A DNA stretch of 64,000 nt from Eledone cirrhosa (GCA_964016885.1 OZ024740.1:302746001-302810000); one strand, 5' to 3'; positions 30,550-47,129 are shown, numbered from the stretch's first letter. Notes: generated by a model not told the origin, from the sequence alone. Translations and numbers: made by a program.

Positions 30550-30613
<64 letters not shown>

Positions 30614-30630
30614 TGTGTGTGTGTGTGTGA

Positions 30631-30666
<36 letters not shown>

Positions 30667-30670
30667 GTGA

Positions 30671-30704
<34 letters not shown>

Positions 30705-31327
30705 ATATATATTTATATATATATATATATATATATGAAAGAGAATCAGCGTTGGAAGAGAGAATTGTGATGTGGTATATAAAGGACTATAAGAAGCGGG
30801 GCTGGATAGTGTGGTTATGGCGTTGTTGTTGTTGTTGGTGGTGTTGCTAGTGGTGCTGGTGATGATGGTGCTGATGATGATGACATTAAGGCGGTGGCTA
30901 GAAAATGGCTGAACTATGTAGAGAAAACTGTAGACTGTAGGTAAGCAATGTCAGAATGGTGCATTATGACCAGCAGAGCGAGGAATTGGCAGAATCGAAC
31001 AGCAAAACAAAAATTTCGAGTAAAAAGAACGACTGAGAAAGAAGAGGAGAGAAAGAGAGAGATAGATGGATAAAGAGAGCGAGAAAGAGATTTGAGGGAC
31101 AGGGAGACAGACAGGTATATAGAAAGATACAGAAATGATAGAGTAAATGAGAAGATAGTGTAAACGAGCGAGTAAGTGTGCGAATGTAAGCTAGATAGAT
31201 AGTGACTGAAAGAAATGTCGAGGGGACAATCTATTTTAATATATTTTTTGTAGAGAGTTGTTTGGTTTTTTTTAGTCTGTTTTTTTTTTGTTTTTTTTGG
31301 TGACTTTTAGATATAAGTGGAAATGTA

Positions 31328-31482
31328 ATAATTGTTTCTATGTTAGGCACAAGGCCAGCAATTAATTAGTACATTACTGGTACTTCATTTTATCGACCCC
31401 GTAAGGATGAAAGGCAAAGTCAACCTCGGCGGGATTTGAACTCAGATCGTAAAGGGACGTAACTATGCTGGAAAGCATGGTT
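31328..31482 (-). mobile_element. SINE family 1
   Basis: TATCGACCCCGTAAGGATGAAAGGCAAAGTCAACCTCGGCGGGATTTGAACTC. Confidence 0.85.
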
Positions 31483-31910
31483 ACAAGTTTGTTTGTTTTT
31501 TAATCAATATATAATTTCAACTTTAATGTTAAAAAAAAGCACGTTACACCACATGATTTATCTCACCGTGGGCTGGAAAAGCCGCATCAATCTGGCTGGT
31601 TTCTAGTCTTCTTAAACCTTCATCAGAAAAATAATATTCATTTTCTTACCATGTTGCAGTAGTACGTATAATTTGTATAACAACATATGTTCTGGCAACC
31701 TAGTTAATTATTTAGAGGAACGCGTATTCTATATCAGCAAGACAAAGATCCAAGAAGCCTAGAAACTAGTCAGATTAGTTATAATCTTTCTGTACCGGGA
31801 GAAATAAAACTCTCGTATGGTCATGTTGTTTACTTTCATCGTCAAGTAAAAATTCCATGTTTATCAAAATGATAATATCTTCTACTACATTTGAAATCAT
31901 CGAAAAATGA

Positions 31911-31946
<36 letters not shown>

Positions 31947-32311
31947 ATATAAATAAATAAATAGTTCTATATAGTACATTTTTTTCTTATCATATATATT
32001 ATTTATTGTCATCAAGTTTGTATAGTCTATAAATAGCTTTATGCTACGAAACTCTCTCTGGACAAGTAATAGTGATTCTTTGTCTGATAAAAATAAAAGT
32101 TTAAAATCTAATTAGATTAATCCCACAATTTTTTCCTACCAGGGTGGTGTAAAAATAGCTGGTATCCCACATTGATTCTATTTCGTGTGTTTATCCATAA
32201 AGTATAACACATATTACAATATAAATTACATATATATACACACAAACACAAACACACATACACATACACACACAAACACACACACACATACAAACACACA
32301 CACACATACAA

Positions 32312-32498
<187 letters not shown>

Positions 32499-32610
32499 GG
32501 TCGACTGAATACGCACGTGTGAGTTTTTTATCCCCAATTTTTTTCTCATTTTTCCCCGTCCTTCCTCTTATCTCTCTTTATTTTCTATTTATCTTCTATT
32601 TCTAAATCTA

Positions 32611-32646
32611 TCTTCTGATAAAGGACTAGTGTCCAAAACGTTAAGA
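32611..32646 (+). ncRNA. Degenerate minimal hammerhead, family D
   Basis: UCUU-CUGAUAA-A-GGAC-UAGU-GUCC-AAAACGUU-AAGA with two core G>A changes; downstream sequence shared with the 48923 and 58820 copies. Confidence 0.5.
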
Positions 32647-32751
32647 CTCTCTTCCTGCTATTTCAAACGGAAAACTAATATATTTCTTCCAGGAACTTTC
32701 CCCTTTTCTTTTTTGGGGGATTTCTGTTTACCTTTTACATAGATATATGTT

Positions 32752-32930
32752 TAAAAGAATCGGGACCCGACGGCTGAGCTCTTGCCGTTTCAACTGGTAG
32801 TGTTGAAACGACAAGAGCCCAGGCGTCGAGTCCCGACTCTTTATAATGTAACCATACTCTACTACCCCAAGTTTCGAGTACTCTATTGAGTAATGGTCGA
32901 ACCAGTTTCAAACTGATTCCATCCAGACTT
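32752..32930 (+). mobile_element. Diverged family A fold-back element
   Basis: Imperfect palindrome 32752-32844, then ACTCTACTACCCCAAGTTTCGAGTACTCT tail. Confidence 0.7.
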
Positions 32931-33185
32931 ATATATACATATATATATGTGTGTGTTTGTGTATATATATATATATAATGTGTGTGTGTGTGTGATTTTA
33001 AATTAGCAGGATATTCAAGGAACTGGCAGTTTCATACCCTTTGTTGATAAAGATGCATATTCTCCATTATCGGAAGTGGTTCATTGTCGAACCGAACCAC
33101 TACTGGTTTAAGACTTAGCCTGCAGTTGCCAACTTGTCTATGCTAGGTGGGCTGCGTTGTTGTATGATTGCTACTGACTGTAGTC

Positions 33186-33307
<122 letters not shown>

Positions 33308-33841
33308 GTGTGTATTCGTGTGTGTGTGTAGTGTGTATGTAGAACATTGCTGGTAAGAATATGATTCTATTTATTATAAAAAGTAGAGTGAAAATATGTT
33401 TATATTAGATTCAGTTCCTTATCTGGGATCGAAACAGTTATAACTTGTTCGTCGGTCTCCTCATTCTATAATAATATTTCCTCGTATAGAGTATAACGTT
33501 GAATAATGACCATACTAGCCATAACTAGTAACATCATACTTATATATATATTATGTTAAGGCATCCGAAAAAGTTAGTCGTGTTTATGTCTACGAAACTA
33601 TGGTTGACGAAGAAATATGTCTCGCTGTTAATAATATATACCTTTAATTTCCAATGTATGTGTTGATTGCTCTTTTGTCATTGCACACAGCTAGACCAGG
33701 TAAAAGAGTATATATTAGAGGTTGTGTTTGAAGTGAGTCTGGGAGTGTCTGTGCTTGTGTGTATGTATGTGTGAGTGTTTGTATATATACTTATGGGTAA
33801 TCACACACCAAAATGAAAACATTGATAGAAATAAATGCATG

Positions 33842-33924
<83 letters not shown>

Positions 33925-34040
33925 CTCTATCTCTCTCGTATCTCTTATTTTCTGTCTGTGTCTCTTCTATCTGTTTTCGAGTCCCGCTTCATTATACACA
34001 CACATACATACACACGCACACACACACATGCATACACACG

Positions 34041-34116
<76 letters not shown>

Positions 34117-35890
34117 TGTGTGTTTGTGTGTATGTATGTGTGTATAAATATACATATTTATTTCTCTCTGTCTCTTTTCTATTTCAATCTATCACTTTCT
34201 GCTTCAAACCACATCCTCATTCCATTCGACTTTCTTCCCCCACTCTTTCTCTTTACCCCTCTATATATATGTATGTGTGTATCTCTTCTCTCACTCTCTT
34301 TCTCTATCTCTCTTCTATTTATCATATCTTCTATTCCAACCCACTCTTTCTAACACATGCTCTCTTTTCCCACCTCTCTCAGTTCAACTGATTCTCTCTC
34401 AGCATCTCACAAGGGCATTATCAGCAGTGCTGCGCACGAGCCGCACACCTTCCCGTCATCACACACCTGTTACTGAGTGAACGAGGGTATGAGTGAGAGG
34501 AGGAATGCTACAGCTCTCCTTGACTCCTTCCCCTCCTCTTGGCTGCTCTCCGTTTTCACTCGCCGCCTCATCCTCTCACTCTTTCACTTTCACTCTATCT
34601 ATGCGTCTCTTGTTGAATACACACATACCTCTCTAATAAATGTTATTGAGACATAGGCTTTCGTCTCTCTCGGTATGCCAATCTGTATGCCTGACTGTCT
34701 GCATTCACAGACTTGTCCGTCTCTCACTCAATCTTCTATCGATCTGTTTCCTTCCCCCGTATTTATCTAATGTTTTCACTCTGCCTCTCTCTCTCTCGCT
34801 CTCTCATTCTCTCTGCTTGTCTCTCTCTATTTCTCTCACTCTCTCTTTTCGTTATGTGTGTATGTGCGTGCGGATAAGACAGAGCTAGCAGATGAGAGCG
34901 CCAGGAAGAATTTCTATGCCCAGCGCGGCCGCCATCCCGAGAGGAAAAAATGGGCAGAAAGGCTTGTTGCAGGATCTAATGTAATCATTTCTCAAAAACA
35001 ACGAGAAAGGTTTTCGCTGGCAGTTGTAGTTGTTGTGTGAAAGGGGATTGAAAAAGGGGGTGAAAGGAATACAAGAGAAGAAATAAAAAGACAACGACAA
35101 CGACATCAACACCATCAACAAGAACAACAACGACGTGTTGAACTATTGAACAACGCCAACATCTACACAAAAAAATATAAGGAAAGATATATATAATTGA
35201 CAGAAGAAGGAGGTGGGGTATTAAAAATATACATACATATACATACATGTGTGTGTGTATCACATTATATATATATATTAATATATTTTAACTGATAATC
35301 ATTTTGAACGAAGGATTCAAAAAACACACATGGAATAAAAAAGTGATCCTTCATATTAATCAGTATAAATTCATCATTAACACGTCGTTATTCCAAAACC
35401 CTATACCACCATCACAAATAACAACAATAATAATAATAATAACTATTGTTATATAAGTAATAATGTAATATTTATTATATTAATAACAATAATGATAATT
35501 TAAAAATAAGAACACCAACGTTTTTCTACTAATTATTGTCATTATTGTTATTATTAATCACTAATTATTATTATTATTATTATTATCATTATTATTATTA
35601 TTATTGTTATCATTGCTGTTGTCGTTAGTATTTCTTTGTGCTTAATTAGTCGCGGTATTGTTGAAAGTACAACTGCGACTATTTGAACATCAACAATAAC
35701 AACAACTACAACTACAACACACAAAAAAAAAATATAATCACTACAGCTAACTTATACTACACGGATAGCCGGATATGTGGATGGATGTTGACTGCTATTA
35801 TAAACAGCAGTTACTGACTATTAAAAGAAAGCCAAAAAAAAGCACCCGAACCAAAAGAGAAGGATTGTTTTAATATAACACTACACTATC

Positions 35891-35899
35891 ATGCCTCAG
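35891..35899 (+). other. Candidate coding end of a first exon (Met-Pro-Gln) followed by a consensus splice donor
   Basis: ATC-ATG-CCT-CAG|GTAAGT, about 1 kb downstream of a CpG-richer island at about 34400-34960; signals only, no homology support. Confidence 0.3.
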
Positions 35900-35989
35900 G
35901 TAAGTCAAAAGCAGACACTTGTACATCCATCAAAGACACACTAACCATTCACACACATACATTTGTATATGTATTTACCACCCAACACT

Positions 35990-36024
<35 letters not shown>

Positions 36025-36040
36025 TTCTCTCTCTCTATCT

Positions 36041-36126
<86 letters not shown>

Positions 36127-36746
36127 ATTTGTGTATGTACATGTGTATATATACGGACAGACATACATACGGACATACATTGATATGTACATGCTGCACA
36201 GGTGTACCCAATAGTCCGTTGGGTAGCGGGGTTGAATCAAAAATGGTGGTTGAGTAAGAGGTTAACTGGTGCTAAACCTTAGTTAAGGCCTGATCGTGGA
36301 GACCCATGATCAAAGATACTACCACCATGACCCTGTCAATTTTGTATCACTAGGACTATATTTCTAAAGTGTAATGCCTCCTATTTAAGTCGGTATTGTT
36401 TGATTTTAATGAAATTTGGTTGTCATTTTTATTTGGTCGACCGATTAATAGAGAATCGCTCATTAACTCGCGAAAGAGTTAAGTAAAAGAAAGATGTGAC
36501 ACCACATAAATACATGGCGAATATATATTTGGTATGGTTGCAAAAAATGCAAGCAAACTTTCTTTTATTCTCTCTCAATTCCTCTGTATCCATTGTACTG
36601 TCTAGTCACACACACGGATAGTGCATATTCATACAAGCATAAAAATGTACAGATGTTTTATTTAATTGAATAGATACATATATTATTTGCATATGTGTGT
36701 AAAGACAGATAGATATAAACGTATATATATATATATATATACGTTT

Positions 36747-36848
<102 letters not shown>

Positions 36849-37225
36849 AGGTAGATGGATCACCTATATCTCCTATCTCACACTACACCCAACTTTTTGT
36901 ATGTCCGTTAGTTTGTGACGGTTCAGAGCGCTGTCTTCATTACAAAAATCTAGTGGTATAAAAAACCCACTAGATTATAAAAACCTGATAATAATCACGC
37001 CGATTTCTATAATTCTCTCGAGGTTCTTGGTTAGGAATTAGCCAATGTCGAAAATATAACTTCCACTAATGTCAGAATTTTTCCAGAGATTACAACAGTA
37101 TAAGTAATTATAGGTGCATAAATCTAGATCTGTATACAAGTATATATGTATACAAGCATAATTCTAGAACATGTATACAAGTATATAAATATATATATAC
37201 AGATTACACACACACACACACATCC

Positions 37226-37467
<242 letters not shown>

Positions 37468-37587
37468 ATATATATATTACTCTATTACGTGATCCAGCCG
37501 ATAGGCTGAGGCCATGCTGGGTCACCGCCATTACACTAGGACACATATCTATATACATATAATGTATATGTATATTATATATGTATA

Positions 37588-37642
<55 letters not shown>

Positions 37643-37796
37643 GAGAGGGGAGAAGAGCGAGGCAGAGATGTAATTCAGTGACTTTCGAAAAGGTAGAGAA
37701 AACTCAATACACGTACTGAAGTAGATATATTTATTATTTATATTAAGTTTAATTCCACCCTCACTTTTAACTGATAGTTAGTTGATGGTAATGATC

Positions 37797-37860
<64 letters not shown>

Positions 37861-38648
37861 TTATGTGTTTGTGTGTATTTACTTGTATGTATATATATAT
37901 ATATGTATGTATGTGCAAGTATATATAGTGTGCGTGTGTTAGAATATAAACTGTCAACCTGAAAGATATTGAAACGTCAAGTTTTAAATCACGTATCAAT
38001 ATCTAGAAACGTTCATATTGTTTAAAACATAAAGATATATCTCATCCTTATGTAGGGCTAGAGGGTGGAGTATTGTATGGGCTGCAAATTGTTTGCATGA
38101 CAAGAATAAGTATGAGACGAAATAATGTATTTTAGTTGGGCATACATAAATAACTGCTAAGTTTCAAGTAAACCATTTATGTAACCCTCTTGCAATTCTC
38201 AGGTAGATGTGCTTATTTTCACACATATTGTATCAATATATTAATCGATTCCTTATAGTAGTGATCAGTTCGTTGTGAGCAACGATCACGATGATTTGGT
38301 TTCGATTTCGACGATAAAACGGTTGAATAACGTAGTAAAGTGTAGAAACGTATAACATCTCCTGCAGTGCTGCCTATAAAATACCCTTTGGTTTCGTAAG
38401 AAAGCATTGTTCTAATATTTCACTATAATTTGTATGATTTTTGTATCGTAAAACGACGGTATTATTACAATAAACACAGGGAAGAAAGAGTTATTATTGG
38501 TATTTGTTAATGTACACCTGCACAAACATTCGCTGATGGTTCATATATATGTATATAGTTCATATATATATGTATATATATATATATATATATTTGAATA
38601 TACGGGAATGCATCTGAGTATGTATGCATATATATATATATATATATA

Positions 38649-38850
38649 TAACGAAGGAAATGTGGTAAGGAACCAAGTGGACCATAACGCACCAAAGTAC
38701 TCAATACTTAGGGTAGTAGAGTGGGTAATTGGAACGAGTAGGACCCCGACGGCTGAGCTAAAGCCGTTTCGACGGCTAATTCTGGACTATATTTAGTTAT
38801 GAATTAGCCGTCGAAACGGCTTGAGCTCAGCCGTCGGGGTCCTACTCGTT

Positions 38851-38853
<3 letters not shown>
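38649..38853 (-). mobile_element. Family A fold-back mini-element
   Basis: Tail plus palindrome with a long spacer (TGGACTATATTTAGTTAT); (TA)n on both sides. Confidence 0.85.
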
Positions 38854-38895
<42 letters not shown>

Positions 38896-39059
38896 GACGC
38901 AGTCGTTAGAACGAACGACGGATAGTGTGGTATTCATTCTGGGTCTATGCATTTCAGTTAAACTTCTGTCGATAAAAAGGGACTAGTTCAATACTGTTGT
39001 CGATTCAATAGTTCTTTCTCGTGCTCTCTCTCACTCTCTCTCTCTCTCTCTCTCTCTCC

Positions 39060-39125
<66 letters not shown>

Positions 39126-39317
39126 TTCTCTCTCCCTCTCTCTCTCTATCTATCCCTCTCTCTCTATCCATCTCTCACATTCTCTCTATCTGTCACTGGA
39201 AGAAATCGGTTATGATCAGAAGTACGGAAGGATAAACTCTGCCTAGTATAAAATTCACCAAACCATACCCTAACCGATGATGGCGACCCTACGATTCAGG
39301 AATTATGGGTTCATATG

Positions 39318-39361
<44 letters not shown>

Positions 39362-39362
39362 C

Positions 39363-39462
<100 letters not shown>

Positions 39463-39686
39463 GTATATATATATATGTGTGTGTGTATATATATATATTT
39501 ATATATATATATATACACGTTTAAATGTGTGTGTGTCCTAGTTCACGTGCATACCCCTTCCTTCCACGACTATCGATCCATTTATCGGTATTCCATATAT
39601 CACATATATCACATATATAAGGCCGCTTGCATATATTCATAAATACGCAACTACATATTCATCTACTATATTTCAATAAAAGTAAG

Positions 39687-39742
<56 letters not shown>

Positions 39743-39746
<4 letters not shown>

Positions 39747-39874
39747 CTGATGATTTCTAATGAATGAAACAGTTCTAGTCCTGTAGAATCTCATCTATAT
39801 TAAAACTGTTATACTCTGCTATGTATTGAGTACCTTACTTACTGTGGTTACCTCCGATTCAACCCGGAATGACG
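39743..39874 (+). mobile_element. Family B mini-element without fold-back; complete hammerhead at 39743-39789
   Basis: Stem I AUUC/GAAU, CUGAUGA 39747-39753, GAAA 39766-39769, stem III ACAG/CUGU, GUA at 39783-39785; begins exactly at stem I; (TA)n on both sides. Confidence 0.88.
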
Positions 39875-39906
<32 letters not shown>

Positions 39907-39941
39907 TATATATATATATGTGTGTGTGTTTGTGTTGTTCT

Positions 39942-39979
<38 letters not shown>

Positions 39980-40019
39980 AATATATATATATATATATAT
40001 AAATATATATACATATATA

Positions 40020-40059
<40 letters not shown>

Positions 40060-40060
40060 C

Positions 40061-40094
<34 letters not shown>

Positions 40095-40179
40095 GCATAT
40101 ATATGTATATATGTATATATGTACATATATATATATACATATATGTATATATATATGCATATATATATATATGTGTGTA

Positions 40180-40223
<44 letters not shown>

Positions 40224-40318
40224 TATATGCATACATATGCATATATATACATGTATATACATATATATATATATATATACCTATATATATATATACGTAT
40301 ATATATATATATGTATAC

Positions 40319-40355
<37 letters not shown>

Positions 40356-40463
40356 AATGAAAGGTATGGAAAGTATTGTAGCAAGAAGCCAACAGTTTTC
40401 CTTAATATATATATATATATATATATGTTTGTGTGTGTGTATGTGCGTGCCTTTACGTGTGTA

Positions 40464-40523
<60 letters not shown>

Positions 40524-40865
40524 CGTGTGTTTACGTGCTCCCTTGTATCTGACCCTCCTCTCTTAATATCGTAATCTCTCGCTTTATCTCTTTCTCTGTC
40601 TGTACTTGTACACGTATGTATTTTGCGTGTGTGCAGATCATTTAAGTTCTCTCTATCTCAGCCTATCTCGGCTCTTCTTCTATGTCTATATAACACTGTT
40701 CTCTATATATCTTAAGTATCGATTGCCATCACTGTTTACTCTTTATCTCTCTTTCCTTCCATACGTATCCACTAATCTTCCTCAATTTCTCTGCGCATCT
40801 CTCTCTCTCTCTCCCTCTCTTTCTCTCTCTCTCTCTCTCGCTCTCTCTCTGTCTCTCTCACTCTC

Positions 40866-40930
<65 letters not shown>

Positions 40931-40994
40931 CTTTATCTATCTATCTATCTTTATCTATCTATCTATCTCTTTCTATCTCCCTATCCCTCTCGCA

Positions 40995-41026
<32 letters not shown>

Positions 41027-41027
41027 G

Positions 41028-41058
<31 letters not shown>

Positions 41059-41159
41059 TTTACAATAATACCTTCTCCATCAATCCGTTCGTCCGTTCCG
41101 TTCGTTAATTATGATATATATATACATAAAAATATATTTATTTACATATATATATATAG

Positions 41160-41357
41160 AGGAGAAAGTATGACCCCGACGGCAGAGCTCAAGCCGTTTC
41201 GACGGCTATTTCTGGCTTTAGTCCAGAAATAGCCGTCGAAACGGCTTGAGCTCTGCCGTTGGGGGTTATACTTTCTCCTATTACCCACTCTACTACCCTA
41301 AGTATTGAGTACTCTGGTGCGTTATGGTCCATCTGGTTCCTTACCACAATTCCTTCG

Positions 41358-41360
<3 letters not shown>
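41160..41360 (+). mobile_element. Family A fold-back mini-element
   Basis: Palindrome AGGAGAAAGTATGACCCC...GGGGTTATACTTTCTCCT plus tail. Confidence 0.85.
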
Positions 41361-41425
<65 letters not shown>

Positions 41426-41912
41426 CAACAGATGAAACTCCAGAGTAACAAGTCTCACTATTTAGTTTTAGTAAAATTAGTATATATATATGCTGACATA
41501 CACACATACACACACACACATATGTGTGTGTGTGCATGTGTGTACGTGTGTATGTGTGTGTGTGCGTGTGTGTGTGGGAGTGTATGTGCGTCAATATTGA
41601 CGGCTTGATATCAATATTTCCAGCTTCAGTTACACATTCTCCAATTTGACAAGAATATTGATTGCTAAAATTGTGGCAGAGTTGATTAAATCGATATCAA
41701 TATATTACAGGTAGGCTTTTCATGCAGCCTAGTAAAGATGAAAAGCACTATCTACTCCAAGATTCGAACTTGGAACATGAGGGGACATAACTAATCAGCG
41801 AAATTTGTTACATCCGGCATTATACTGATTTGGTCATAGCCGAACCTTCAATTCTTTGAGAAATATTGAGAATACATTTTTTAGCTATTTTTTCAACATT
41901 AGATAGAAGTTT

Positions 41913-42191
<279 letters not shown>

Positions 42192-42194
42192 TTT

Positions 42195-42528
42195 AAGGTC
42201 CCCATCGGTAACAAATGACCGTGGTTTTGCACCTACAAAATGTCCCTCTGAGGCACACACCTGGACAAGGTGTGTTTGTGGAAGACCAGCAGTCACTCCT
42301 GCTTACCACTCTCCCATTCACTAGGCCACCGGTGTTGTCCAAGGGTAAGGCAATGGCCGATACAGCTTGGCACCAGTGACGACGCAACTCATTTCTACAG
42401 CTGAGTTTACTGGATCAACATAAGATAAAGTGTCTTGCTGAAGGACACAATACATCACGCGGTCCGAGAATCGAACTCACAACTTTTTAACTGAAAGCCC
42501 AATGCTCTAACCAATAAGCCAGGTGCCT
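42195..42528 (-). mobile_element. tRNA-derived SINE (family 2) between (TAG)n tracts
   Basis: Minus strand AGGCACCTGGCTTATTGGTTAGAG (A box), GAGTTCGATTCTC (B box), TCCTTCAGCAAGACACTTT. Confidence 0.75.
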
Positions 42529-42532
42529 TTAC

Positions 42533-42581
<49 letters not shown>

Positions 42582-42605
42582 CTGGTGGTAGTAGTAGTAG
42601 TAGTT

Positions 42606-42683
<78 letters not shown>

Positions 42684-43116
42684 ACAATATTAACAGGTAA
42701 CTGTTATAGTTATAATAAGCAGCAGCTGCCAACCATCGAGCAGGTGACGACAATCTGATCATGAATAAATATGACTTCATTTGTTAGAACTAATCCAGCC
42801 ATATTTTAACTTGACGTTCTATTTCACAATCTACTTGTCTTTTCCACTTCCAAAACATTTCAACCTTAGATGAGTTTGTTTCGGTTTTTTAGGTAATCTT
42901 ACAGTTTTTTTTCTGTTTTTTTGTGCGGGGAGAGTATTTTCTCCTTCATTTATATTTTGGTGGGCGCGAAAAATATGGCAATCTGGGCTTGTAAGGGACT
43001 GTTTCAATTATTCTCAACTAAGCTCAAAATACACACAAACACACACACACGCACACACACATACACACACACACGCACACACAAACGCACACACGTACGC
43101 ACACATACCCACACAC

Positions 43117-43149
<33 letters not shown>

Positions 43150-43305
43150 TCAGTGTATTGGAAGGTACAGGGTCAACTCTAATGTTGTGATTTCTTTAGG
43201 TTGACTAAGAAGACGAAAATTGTTGGTTTTCCCATTCTCTAGATATATATAAATGGAATAGAATGAAACGAAATTTCATTTCTCACTCTTAGTACGGCAC
43301 ATACT

Positions 43306-43355
<50 letters not shown>

Positions 43356-43794
43356 TATATATATATGTGTGTGTGGTGTGTGAGTGTGTGTGTGTGTAAT
43401 TATGCATATATATAATATATATAATGTACATATATATGTACATAAATATAATTATACCTATGTATGGGATAACAAGTTATCGTTATAGGTAATCCAGTTA
43501 TATATATATATATATATAAGCTTTCCATTTGCTAATGAACGAAGTATCACTAAAATCAGCTTACTTTGGGAAACCCTGAGTACCTGGGAAGTTATACGTC
43601 AGTGTGCATTAAGTTTTATAATATACATATATTGCAGCCATCAGACAACAGAAGACTTGATTCAGGGAACTACATGAGAGATGACATCGGCTCCCAGAAG
43701 GATCTTTTGAATTCTGGTACTTACAATATCGATCTCTATTTCTTTAAAAGTCAATGTGGTAACAGTACCTGACTGGGGTACATATAACAAATCC

Positions 43795-43945
<151 letters not shown>

Positions 43946-43967
43946 ATAAACGTAAGGACTAACTTTA

Positions 43968-44055
<88 letters not shown>

Positions 44056-44130
44056 GTGTTTCCGTAGGAATGGTAAAGGAAAGAAGAGTGCTCTATGTAT
44101 GATACAGAGCTATTTAATTATGTCATAAGC

Positions 44131-44161
<31 letters not shown>

Positions 44162-44174
44162 ATATATATATATA

Positions 44175-44278
44175 TAATTGTTTCTACTTTTGGCACAAGG
44201 AGGCCTGCAAATTACCCAGTACATTACTGGTACTTTATTTTATCGACCCCATAAGGATGAAAGTAAAAGTTAACCTCG
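44175..44278 (-). mobile_element. SINE family 1, 3' part
   Basis: TAATTGTTTCTACTTTTGGCACAAGG...TATCGACCCCATAAGGATGAAAG. Confidence 0.8.
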
Positions 44279-44361
44279 TATATATATATAATGTGCGTTA
44301 TATATATATATATATATATACACAAATTTATATATATATATAGAGAGAGAGGGGGAGAGAG

Positions 44362-44399
<38 letters not shown>

Positions 44400-44456
44400 C
44401 ATATTCACATATATATATACATTATATATTCACATATGTATATCTATATATATGTG

Positions 44457-44549
<93 letters not shown>

Positions 44550-44690
44550 GTTACCAGTTAGACCATATTCAGCTAAGTACTCCATATTTGGGACGGTAAA
44601 AGTTATTGCCCGACGGCTGAACTCCCACTGTTTCAAATGCGAGTAGATGAATTGCCGTTGAAATGGCGTCAGCTTAGCCACCGGGCTCTA
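44550..44690 (-). mobile_element. Highly diverged family A-like fold-back element
   Basis: AGTACTCCATATTTGGG...GCCCGACGGCTGAACT...AGCTTAGCCACCGGGC. Confidence 0.5.
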
Positions 44691-44741
44691 TCTATTAACT
44701 ATATATGCATATGTATATATATGTGTGTGTATATATACATA

Positions 44742-44779
<38 letters not shown>

Positions 44780-44974
44780 GGTTTGATGTTCAGCACTGTA
44801 TAGAGCTGGTCTATTCCGTATGGCCAATCGTAATGCAATAATATAGAGAGTACTCAACGTAAAGCAGTTCAGGGCGACCGGCTGAGGTTGAAGGAACAGA
44901 ATAGCGGTCGCCCTCGGGTCCTCGATTTTCAGCCCCATGGATTTTATCTATTACATTCACGTATTATATTTCGA

Positions 44975-45032
44975 ATACCTGATGATATCACCGGATTCAT
45001 ACGGAACCCGGTCATTGAAATGATCATAGTAT
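44975..45032 (+). ncRNA. Type I hammerhead ribozyme, family E
   Basis: Stem I AUAC/GUAU; CUGAUGA 44979-44985; stem II with ACCGG/CCGGU; GAAA 45017-45020; palindromic stem III AUGAUCAU; triplet AUA; AATAAA immediately after. Confidence 0.85.
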
Positions 45033-45082
45033 AATAAACCTTTCAAGGATTTACACAAATCCAGCCTCCTGTCATTTCATTA

Positions 45083-45129
<47 letters not shown>

Positions 45130-45265
45130 AACATGGGATGAAAGGGGAATACTGCGTGGTTGCACATGGGTTACATATTATAAAATTAGTCCCTCATCAG
45201 TGATTTGCCAACCATCATTGGTATTTCATCGCATTAAAAATCATATAAATATATATATATATGTA

Positions 45266-45476
<211 letters not shown>

Positions 45477-45799
45477 GATAGATGAGTTACAGATCAGATG
45501 CAATCAATTCTACAACCTTCCACACAATTTCCGTCTTCCAAAATTCCTTCATCTCACAGCCCGCTGCCTGAGATGCAACGGATAGAGATCGCACAACACC
45601 ACTTGATGTAACCAGCCGGACCCGTAACGTGTGTATCGACTATTAAATACTATACATACATTATCTTATTTTAACAGCTATGTTATATATAGTAGGAATG
45701 ATATGTATATATTATATATATAAATATATACACACAGAGAGACAGAGAGGGGGAGAGAGATATTACATTTAAAAGATCACAACCAAAATGATACTAAAT

Positions 45800-46990
45800 A
45801 GACTTAAGTCAAATTTTGACCGATATCTAAGATAAATTCCAAATGGCTTCAGGATTAGAAATCAATAGCCCCTTACTTGCTCTAAAGGGGATCATTAAAT
45901 GAGTAAAATGAAAGATCACTTATCCGTAGCATTTAGGAAAAAACGCTTATGACTAATAGGTCATCTCGATATATCATGGATTCGAACTCCTATCCACAAT
46001 TAACAACGACCAGACTATAAATATTACTTTTTGTTGATTTTAAGAAAGCTTTCGACAGTATTCACAGAGGTACGATGATTGAAGTTCTCCGTATGTAGAC
46101 ATAACCAAAACAACATGTACAGGAACTAGAATGTTGATCTTAGATTTTGAAACAAAGCTTAACTCTTTGCAGTTGAAATTTATTAAGTAATGTGATAAGC
46201 TATTGATGATAAATCTGAAGGTCTTGACTCATACTGACAATCAAGCGTAGCAGCCATGCTCCACTAACGGTATTGTCATTCCTTATATATGTTGATGCCA
46301 TTGCCTTACTATCAGAAGAAATGTATCATGTACAAAAACTGTAAGAATTTGTAGGGAAGAAAGCTGAGAAATTTGGTCAATTCTAAAATACTAAGTATAC
46401 GGAGCGTTCGCATTGAATAATATAGACCTGGTGATCAAAAACTTAAAATCTTAACAAAGATTATCTTGGAGCTTGGAGCTCGGATAGCCATATCAAAAAG
46501 AAGATATCAGCAAAAGAAAGGCTATCCTGTGACAAGTATGTTACAAATTATAGAAGATCATAAAGTCGCCATGAAAAAATATTTTTAATTACATTTTGTT
46601 AGTATTGCTTCAATCTGTCCTGTTATATGTTTGCGAGACATAGGCACTCATACGGCAGCTTGAAAATCAGATGGAGGTACTCTCGCATTCAGTGGATTGT
46701 TCTTAATATCACCAGTTGGAACCATACCACCGATATAAAGCAATATCTGCCAACGTTAATTTAAAAGATAGCTCAGTGAAGATTTTTATTGGCAGGGAAT
46801 ATTGAGGCATTCTAAAGAAATACCCTAAAATCTAAATCTATGTCAAACAACATGTTGAGAGATCGGGTTTAACCACGGAACACAAACTCCCATCTTCATT
46901 AACTTTCTTCAAATAACCACCGGAATGAAGAATCTATAGTAAATATGATGAATATTGTCAGTTCGAAACATGTGGTATGAGAGTTTTTCC
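45800..46990 (+). mobile_element. Old decayed RTE/RTEX-like LINE RT fragment
   Basis: FVDFKKAFDSIHR at about 46030, YVDAIAL (YADD-like) at about 46288, YLG, SVLLYVCET; many stops and frameshifts. Confidence 0.75.
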
Positions 46991-47026
46991 GTGATTCGGT
47001 CAGAATAATAGATATGGGATAAGATG

Positions 47027-47129
<103 letters not shown>

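Noticed and set aside
33562-33610. CCGAAAAA...CGAAACTATGGTT hammerhead-like remnant
   Set aside because: Too many core mismatches and no second copy for support
45190-45206. Minus-strand CTGATGAGGGAC
   Set aside because: No matching stem II partner or GAAA downstream
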